From assembly GCA_045803545.1 (NCBI GenBank), contig JBJMOW010000004.1, positions 352,001 through 416,000 on the forward strand: a stretch of 64,000 nucleotides of DNA, given 5' to 3'. Both the position numbers and the translations under genes were made by a program. The notes under the pieces were generated by a model. The model did not search any database. It had not been told where the DNA came from and saw nothing but the letters and a program-made list of their open reading frames with translations. This stretch comes from Gemmatimonadaceae bacterium (GTDB lineage: Bacteria; Gemmatimonadota; Gemmatimonadetes; Gemmatimonadales; Gemmatimonadaceae). Positions 58,237 through 64,000 of this stretch are shown piece after piece (within the stretch, counting starts at the first letter, position 1; every line of letters starts with the position of its first letter).

Positions 58237-58959
58237 ATGAATGTGAATGGACATGGAGTGCGACGCTTGCGTCTCAGTCAAGACGAAACTGCGGCGATCG
58301 CCGATTATGGCGCGAAAGCAGTGTGGCCGGCCGGGTTTCAGATATACCAGCGGGGCGCGGCCGCCGACGGCGTTTTCATAGTTCTCGAAGGACACGTCGT
58401 CTTGCGCAACAAAATCAAAGTTGGTCGGGGTTTCGTGCCGGTAATCGCAACCTCGGGACAGACTTTCGGCAGCGAAGGCCTCTCATCCGGCGCGCAATAC
58501 GCAACTGACGCAAATGCCGCGGAAGAAACGAAAACGTTGTTCCTCAGCGGACAGCAATTCCGTGCATTCGTGAGAGAGCGTGCAGCACAGACAATCCCCC
58601 TGCTGTCGCAAATCATGTCGGAGCGGGCCTTTCTGCTCGAGAAACTCCACGAGCTGGCGGCACTCAACGTTGATCAAAGACTCGTCTCGACGCTGTTCCA
58701 TCTCAGCTCTGACCGGACGTTCACTACGGCAGATGGGCGTCTGAAGCTGGAGAACAACCACCACCGTCTGCTTTGCGAGATGGTCGGCGCGACGCGCGAA
58801 TCGATTGCTCTGGCGCTGAGCCGCCTCGTCTCGGCAGGAATCGCCGAGCGAAAGGGCATGACCTTCCTCATTCAGCCGAACTCGCTTACCAACACGCTCG
58901 GTGATTATACTACGCGGGAAGTTGCGATTCCCGTCGCGAGAGAAATGACTGTAACCTGA
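58237..58959 (+). CDS. Crp/Fnr-family transcriptional regulator
   Basis: cNMP-type barrel (FIVLEG.V, G..FG.E), C-helix, HTH L.EMVGATRES. Confidence 0.85.
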   Translation: MNVNGHGVRRLRLSQDETAAIADYGAKAVWPAGFQIYQRGAAADGVFIVLEGHVVLRNKIKVGRGFVPVIATSGQTFGSEGLSSGAQYATDANAAEETKTLFLSGQQFRAFVRERAAQTIPLLSQIMSERAFLLEKLHELAALNVDQRLVSTLFHLSSDRTFTTADGRLKLENNHHRLLCEMVGATRESIALALSRLVSAGIAERKGMTFLIQPNSLTNTLGDYTTREVAIPVAREMTVT

Positions 58960-58965
58960 GCTTAG

Positions 58966-59781
58966 ATGGTCGATCGGCACGCGGTTGATTCGGCGATAAT
59001 CAAAGGCGCAGAAGCAATTGATTTGCAGGAGGAGAGCTCACACGGAGTTCTCCTCCTGCATGGTTTTGGGGATACTCCGCAGACGCTTTCGCTATTCGCG
59101 AATCATCTGTCGAAAGCAGGACTAGGCGTCTTCGTCCCGTTACTCCCTGGTCACGGACGAAGCATGACAGAATTCACGAGGTCCGGTGCCGACGACTGGA
59201 TCCGTGCGGCGGAAGATGCATTCCTCGATATGAGCGGCCGCTACCGCCTCGTCAGTGTCAGCGGCTTGTCGATGGGAGGCGCGCTGGCTGTCATCATTGC
59301 CGCGCGCCATCGCGACATCGCGTCGCTTGTTTTGTTCGCCCCGTACCTCGGCATGCCGCGCTGGATGCGTGCGGTTGCGATCACTCACTGGGCGTGGGGT
59401 AGAGTCGTCGGACCCGTGAACTCCAGCAGTCCGCTCTCGATTCATGATCCAATCGAACGCGAAAAGAATCTTTCGTACGGCCAGGTAACTGGCCGTACGA
59501 TTCACGAGCTGGCGCGGGTGGTCGGTCGCGCACGCCGTGCGCTGCCCCAAGTTTTTGTTCCCACCCTCATCATTCAATCCCGTGAAGATCCGCGCGTTTC
59601 ACCGCGGGTTGGCGAGTACGCGCTGAAGAAAATCGGGGCGAGGGAGAAGCAGATGGTATGGACGAGCGGCGCCGGCCACATCATCACCGTCGACTATGGA
59701 CGAGAGCGAGTGTTCGGCGAAGCGGAGCGCTGGCTTTTATCGCACGCCGTTCGTAACGCGACAGCCGCCCGTTCGAGTTGA
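58966..59781 (+). CDS. carboxylesterase / monoacylglycerol lipase-like alpha/beta hydrolase
   Basis: LLHGF, LPGHG, GLSMGG, D..V, GH.IT.D. Confidence 0.9.
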   Translation: MVDRHAVDSAIIKGAEAIDLQEESSHGVLLLHGFGDTPQTLSLFANHLSKAGLGVFVPLLPGHGRSMTEFTRSGADDWIRAAEDAFLDMSGRYRLVSVSGLSMGGALAVIIAARHRDIASLVLFAPYLGMPRWMRAVAITHWAWGRVVGPVNSSSPLSIHDPIEREKNLSYGQVTGRTIHELARVVGRARRALPQVFVPTLIIQSREDPRVSPRVGEYALKKIGAREKQMVWTSGAGHIITVDYGRERVFGEAERWLLSHAVRNATAARSS

Positions 59782-59806
59782 AGCGGCTGTCGGAACGAAC
59801 CTAGAT

Positions 59807-60211
59807 CTAGAAACGGTCCTGGACGAATTCGGTGACAGAATCGACCGCGCGTTCGCCGAGGTTAGCCGCCTGGTGCACGACGCCAGTGGCCACGCGCTTC
59901 ACACGTTGAACAGGAGAGCTTCTGCGCCGCCTGCCTGCAGTCTTCTTGCGACCACTCGATTTGCGGCGCGAAGATCCACCGCTGGAGCGCGACGCGCTCT
60001 TACGGCTACTGCTCTTACGCCCACTACTCTTGCGCGCGCTCGAGCTCTTACGAGCCCGGGAGCTCTTTCTGCCCGAAGATTTGCGGCCGCTGCTTCGGCC
60101 GGCTCCGCCGCGTCGACGTGAGCTGCCACCGCTCTTACGGCCTGATGATGCGGACCGTGAGCGCTTCCTACCGCCTCTAGAACCACCTCTGGACTTTCTG
60201 GCTGCAGCCAT
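59807..60211 (-). CDS. Arg/Ser/Lys/Gly-rich basic histone-like protein
   Basis: GGAG SD then MAAARKSRGG...; repeated (G/A/S)RKSS units with varied codons; helical C-terminus. Confidence 0.7.
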   Translation of the reverse strand: MAAARKSRGGSRGGRKRSRSASSGRKSGGSSRRRGGAGRSSGRKSSGRKSSRARKSSSARKSSGRKSSSRKSASRSSGGSSRRKSSGRKKTAGRRRRSSPVQRVKRVATGVVHQAANLGERAVDSVTEFVQDRF

Positions 60212-60310
60212 TGCAAAGCTCCGTGTTAGGAGAGTTCGCGTACAAGGCGTAGCAAGATTCGCGCACAACACGTTGTGGTACGTGTCGAATAGATCGACAA
60301 ACGCCGCCTA

Positions 60311-61333
60311 TTAGCGGAGAGCGCGCGTTTCACCGTGTTTCATGATCCATAAATCATCGGCTGCGTGACCGGCGCTAACCCAGCCCTCTCGCATCCGCGC
60401 CGGTGGTTCGTCCATTGGTTCATCAGTGAGCTTAAAGGTTCCCCAATGACCTGCGGTAACGACTAATCGGCTGCCTTCCTGCGCTTGTTTGATCTGCGCT
60501 ACGGCCTTCATGCAGTCGTCGGGATCCATGTGAACGGTGCCCATGAACCAACGCGGCTCGTAAGCGCCGATGGGCAGGATGGCCAGATCAAATGGGCCGA
60601 GGCGGTCTGTGATGGCGCTAAACTCGGGATGCAACGCGGTGTCACCTGCGAAGAAAACGCGGTGATCGCTGCTTCGGAAAGTCCAACCGCACCAGAGCGT
60701 CTGATTACGGCGGCCCAGCGTGCGCCCAGAGAAGTGTTGCGCGGGGACACATGTAACGTCGAGTCCGATTACTGACGTGCTTTCCCACCAATCTCGCTCG
60801 ACAATGTCACGCGCACCTCGGTGACGAAGAAACGCCGCGACGCCCAGCGGTGCCAGCCATTGCGCTGCGGGATAGCGACTGGCGAGTCTCTGAGTGGTGG
60901 CGGCGTCGAGATGATCGTAGTGATCATGTGATAAAGCGATGATGTCAATTGGCGGCAGCCGGTCGAACGGCACGCCAGGTGGCACCCACCGCCGCGGACC
61001 AGCGAACTGCACCGGAGACGCGCGCTCGCTCCAGATTGGATCGAGCAGAATGTTGAGACCCGCAAGCTGCAACAGGAAACTGCTGTGCCCGACCCAGGTG
61101 AGCGTCACCGCATCTGGCGTCGCCCGCGGTGTGGTGAAATTCGGCTTGGCGAGCGGAAATGATGATCGATCAGGATCGGGCCGTCGTGTGTTCTGCCGGC
61201 GCTCGACGAGTGTCCATTTAAGGAAATCGCGGAACCCATGAAGCTGCGACGAAGGCCAGGGATTTCTAAAGCCACCCCCGGGGTCATGGTGCGAAGCACG
61301 CGTGACGGATGTCTGAGTATTGGATGCAGTCAT
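60311..61333 (-). CDS. MBL-fold NAPE-PLD-like hydrolase
   Basis: F.NPW, WVGHSS, SHDHYDHLD, PAQHFSGR, FAGDT, LPIGAY, HWGTF. Confidence 0.92.
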   Translation of the reverse strand: MTASNTQTSVTRASHHDPGGGFRNPWPSSQLHGFRDFLKWTLVERRQNTRRPDPDRSSFPLAKPNFTTPRATPDAVTLTWVGHSSFLLQLAGLNILLDPIWSERASPVQFAGPRRWVPPGVPFDRLPPIDIIALSHDHYDHLDAATTQRLASRYPAAQWLAPLGVAAFLRHRGARDIVERDWWESTSVIGLDVTCVPAQHFSGRTLGRRNQTLWCGWTFRSSDHRVFFAGDTALHPEFSAITDRLGPFDLAILPIGAYEPRWFMGTVHMDPDDCMKAVAQIKQAQEGSRLVVTAGHWGTFKLTDEPMDEPPARMREGWVSAGHAADDLWIMKHGETRALR

Positions 61334-61373
61334 TGCAACCGCGAATGATACTGCACCGACGACGTCTTCTGTG

Positions 61374-62477
61374 TCAGCTCAGGTTGGGAGCGGCGAGGTT
61401 TTCCTCGAGGTGCGCGAGGGACTTCATGCCAACGAGCGCCGCGGAGAGTGGAAGCGACTGCGTGAAAGCAATCGCCCTTCTCGCGTCAGTACTGAATCCC
61501 GGGAACGCGGCGTGCACCTGTTCTGGCAGGCCGCGAGTCAGCTGCGATTGCATTAGCGTGGCGCTGGCGATTACCGATATGCCTAGGCGATGAGCGGCCT
61601 CCAGCGGTGTCACCCGATCGCGTCCAACGCTCTGGGTTTCTGTGCGAACCGCCTCGGTCATCGCGAGATTGATCGGAAGCTGAATTACACTGAAATGATG
61701 GCCGGCCCCTCCCGCTTCATGGGCCAGCGAAACCAACTCCTCGAGACTCAGATGGTTCCTGGACTCGGGAGGCACGCGGAATCCATTCCACGTCGCGCAT
61801 CCGTAACAACCGATGAAGCCGTTTTCTACGGCGCGCTCGAGGACGACGAAAGCATCGCGCACAACCGTTAGAAACCTCTGGCGCGAAAGCACGTCGAGCG
61901 CTTGTTCAGGGTTGTGCAGGTAATAAACGTCGATTGTCTCGAGCCCGAGATTTCTACGGCTGCGCTCGACCTGATCCTCGAGAAACTGGCCGCTGAGGCA
62001 GTGACCGCCAGCAATCACATCGACCGGATCCATGACGCCGCGCAGGAAATACTCTTCCTCGAGAAATCTGTGGTATTCGTCTTTGGTTGCCGGGGGATTT
62101 CGATCGAGGGGGATGTAACCACCCTTCGAGCAAACGACTATCTGGTCACGTCTGATTTTTCCGCTGTTGACACTCTTCTGAATCGCCGCTCCGAGAGCGC
62201 GCTCGGAGCGCTGACATCTGTAATTGATGGATGTATCCAGCAAGTTGATACCGCGCGCGAGCGCTGCTCCTGCGGCGATGGTGTAACGGGCATCCTCTTC
62301 GTCGTCACAGTCGCCGAGATAAGTGCCAAGGCCGAGCGAGGAGACGACAACTCCGTTGGCCAATGGCCGATAGAAATTCTCCGGGCGCGATTTGGCAAAC
62401 TGTTTTCGCAGCGTGCGAGTGGCGTCGGCAGAAGCACGTCCTTTGATCAATGCGAGTGAGGCTTGCGTTCGTTGCAT
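61374..62477 (-). CDS. aldo/keto reductase (start uncertain)
   Basis: SLGLGT, DTSINY, SKGG, IDVYYLHNPE, IQLPIN, VGM....HLEEN. Confidence 0.88.
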   Translation of the reverse strand: MQRTQASLALIKGRASADATRTLRKQFAKSRPENFYRPLANGVVVSSLGLGTYLGDCDDEEDARYTIAAGAALARGINLLDTSINYRCQRSERALGAAIQKSVNSGKIRRDQIVVCSKGGYIPLDRNPPATKDEYHRFLEEEYFLRGVMDPVDVIAGGHCLSGQFLEDQVERSRRNLGLETIDVYYLHNPEQALDVLSRQRFLTVVRDAFVVLERAVENGFIGCYGCATWNGFRVPPESRNHLSLEELVSLAHEAGGAGHHFSVIQLPINLAMTEAVRTETQSVGRDRVTPLEAAHRLGISVIASATLMQSQLTRGLPEQVHAAFPGFSTDARRAIAFTQSLPLSAALVGMKSLAHLEENLAAPNLS

Positions 62478-62531
62478 GATGGAGAGGCTACGGACAGCTG
62501 GAGTGTAACGCAAGAGACGCAGGAAGTGGGT

Positions 62532-62547
62532 TGGCCCCTACGTTGCT
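62532..62547 (+). promoter_or_regulatory. putative sigma54 (-24/-12) promoter
   Basis: TGGCCCCTACGTTGCT, i.e. GG-N10-GC in a TGGC/TTGCT context, about 40 nt upstream of the M1 peptidase gene. Confidence 0.55.
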
Positions 62548-62588
62548 AACGTTGGGTACACATTCGATTACCCACACACTCCTTGACG

Positions 62589-64000
62589 GTGAAATCATAT
62601 CTTTGCCTCGCGGTAGCCCTCGTCGCGTGCGCTCCGCAGCGTCCGGTCGTGTTACCAACGGTACTGCTCTCAGCTGATACAACCACACAGCAACCTTCCC
62701 GAAGAATTTTCGACTCCCGGCGGGACGATCCTTTGGCCACCATGGATCGCATCGATTGGCCGGGCCCAAATCGCTATCGATCAGCGTCAGGCGTTCCAGG
62801 TCCGGATTACTGGCAACAACGCGCCGATTACACAATCAACGCATCGCTTGATACAGCAACCACTGAAATCAGTGGTGCTGTTGAAATCAGATACACCAAC
62901 AATTCTCCTGACACGCTGCGCTTCGTCTGGGTGCAGGCCGATCAGAACCTCTATCGGACCGGCAGCAAAGGGTCGGCGTTGTTTCCCGCTGATTCGCGCT
63001 GGGGTGTGAGAGGTTTCGAGGGCGGCTTCGCCTTCAGCGATGTTCGCATCAACGGCACTACCGTGCAGCCGCGCATCAACGACACGATGGTGCGGCTGGA
63101 GCTGCCAAGCCCGCTGATGCCTCGTGGCGGAAAGACGACGATCGCAATTCGTTATTCATTCCGAGTGCCCGAGCATGGCTCGGATCGCATGGGTCGCGAC
63201 AGCTTGCTGTACGAGATAGCTCAGTGGTATCCGCGGATGGCTGTTTACGATGACGTGCGCGGCTGGAATGCCGATCCCTATCTCGGACAGGGCGAGTTCT
63301 ACCTCGAGTACGGCGACTACGACTACTCAGTCACAGTGCCCGCTGGTTACGTCGTCGCGGGCAGTGGCGTTCTGCAGAATCCCGACGATGTCCTTACTGC
63401 AACGCAGCGACAGCGACTCGCGACGGCATCACGTAGCAGCGAAGTAATTCCCATTATCACCCAGACTGAAGCGGCAGTTGCGAAGACGCGGCGAGCGGCT
63501 GGCACCAAGACCTGGCGCTTCCGTGCACACAACGTCCACGACGTAGCGTGGGCCGCGGCACCTGACTTTCGATGGGATGCAACGAGCTGGAATGGAGTGC
63601 TAGCGCAGGCGTACTATGAATTCCCTAAATCGGGTCGCGCATGGGAGCATGCTGCCGAGCAGACTCAGTGGACGATCAGGCAGTACTCAGAGCTCTTCTT
63701 CCCATTCCCGTATCCGCAAGCAACATCGGTGGCCGGACCGGTGGGAGGCATGGAGTACCCAATGTTCGTGATGGTGCACTACGGGTCCGACGATCCCACA
63801 TCCATCTTCGGTACCATCAACCACGAGCACGGCCATGAGTGGTTCCCGATGATCGTCGGTTCGAATGAGCGCCGATACGCGTGGATGGATGAAGGATTCA
63901 ATACCTATCTAAATGCCTTCGCCCAGGAGGCGCGATATCCTGGCCAGTCCGCGTATCGGACCTATCTGAAAAACTGGTCGGATGCCGTGGCAGCGGGAAC
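62589..64000 (+). CDS. M1-family metallo-aminopeptidase lipoprotein, truncated by window edge
   Basis: Not in the ORF track (no stop in window); MKSYLCLAVALVAC..., PGPDYWQQRADY, GGMEYP, HEHGHEWFPM...WMDEG. Confidence 0.92.
   Translation, partial: MKSYLCLAVALVACAPQRPVVLPTVLLSADTTTQQPSRRIFDSRRDDPLATMDRIDWPGPNRYRSASGVPGPDYWQQRADYTINASLDTATTEISGAVEIRYTNNSPDTLRFVWVQADQNLYRTGSKGSALFPADSRWGVRGFEGGFAFSDVRINGTTVQPRINDTMVRLELPSPLMPRGGKTTIAIRYSFRVPEHGSDRMGRDSLLYEIAQWYPRMAVYDDVRGWNADPYLGQGEFYLEYGDYDYSVTVPAGYVVAGSGVLQNPDDVLTATQRQRLATASRSSEVIPIITQTEAAVAKTRRAAGTKTWRFRAHNVHDVAWAAAPDFRWDATSWNGVLAQAYYEFPKSGRAWEHAAEQTQWTIRQYSELFFPFPYPQATSVAGPVGGMEYPMFVMVHYGSDDPTSIFGTINHEHGHEWFPMIVGSNERRYAWMDEGFNTYLNAFAQEARYPGQSAYRTYLKNWSDAVAAG

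Noticed and set aside
60250..60266. Sigma54-like TGCGCGAATCTTGCT upstream of the histone-like gene
   Set aside because: It has TG instead of the invariant GG at -24.
59946..60314. Leu/Arg-rich plus-strand ORF and the apparent tandem repeat
   Set aside because: It mirrors the RKSS-coding strand; the repeats are degenerate codon-level units, not a CRISPR array or VNTR.

Overview
The window is a gene-dense bacterial chromosomal origin region. Taxonomy is inferred only from gene repertoire and protein style, which resemble Gemmatimonadota. It carries yidC-yidD-rnpA-rpmH diverging from dnaA-dnaN, with a Bacillus-type unwinding element (DnaA box, GC clamp, DnaA-trios) between dnaA and dnaN. It also holds the RNase P RNA gene, polA, parA/parB with tandem parS-like sites, mnmG, a serine operon (serA, FAD oxidoreductase, serB, class V aminotransferase, ABC-F), an M16 peptidase pair, a hisA-like gene, a blue-copper lipoprotein, ispG, a cold-shock gene, a divergent arg cluster with ARG boxes, and several hydrolases and peptidases. 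I saw no tRNA, rRNA, CRISPR array, transposase or integrase, so this is mostly housekeeping DNA and no clearly new multi-gene system is proven. The best leads are: (1) clamp-binding-like motifs in DnaA and in a PolA insertion; (2) a second DnaA-box/IHF-like cluster next to parB; (3) an rnpA frame whose conserved N-terminus has no canonical start codon; (4) a likely D-2-hydroxyglutarate dehydrogenase inside the serine operon; (5) a Wzc-like pseudokinase linked to fRMsr and an alarmone hydrolase; (6) a perfect Rex/CRP-type operator over a copper-protein promoter; (7) an R/S/K-rich histone-like protein; (8) widespread leaderless gene starts. All family calls come from motif recognition by eye, without database searches.
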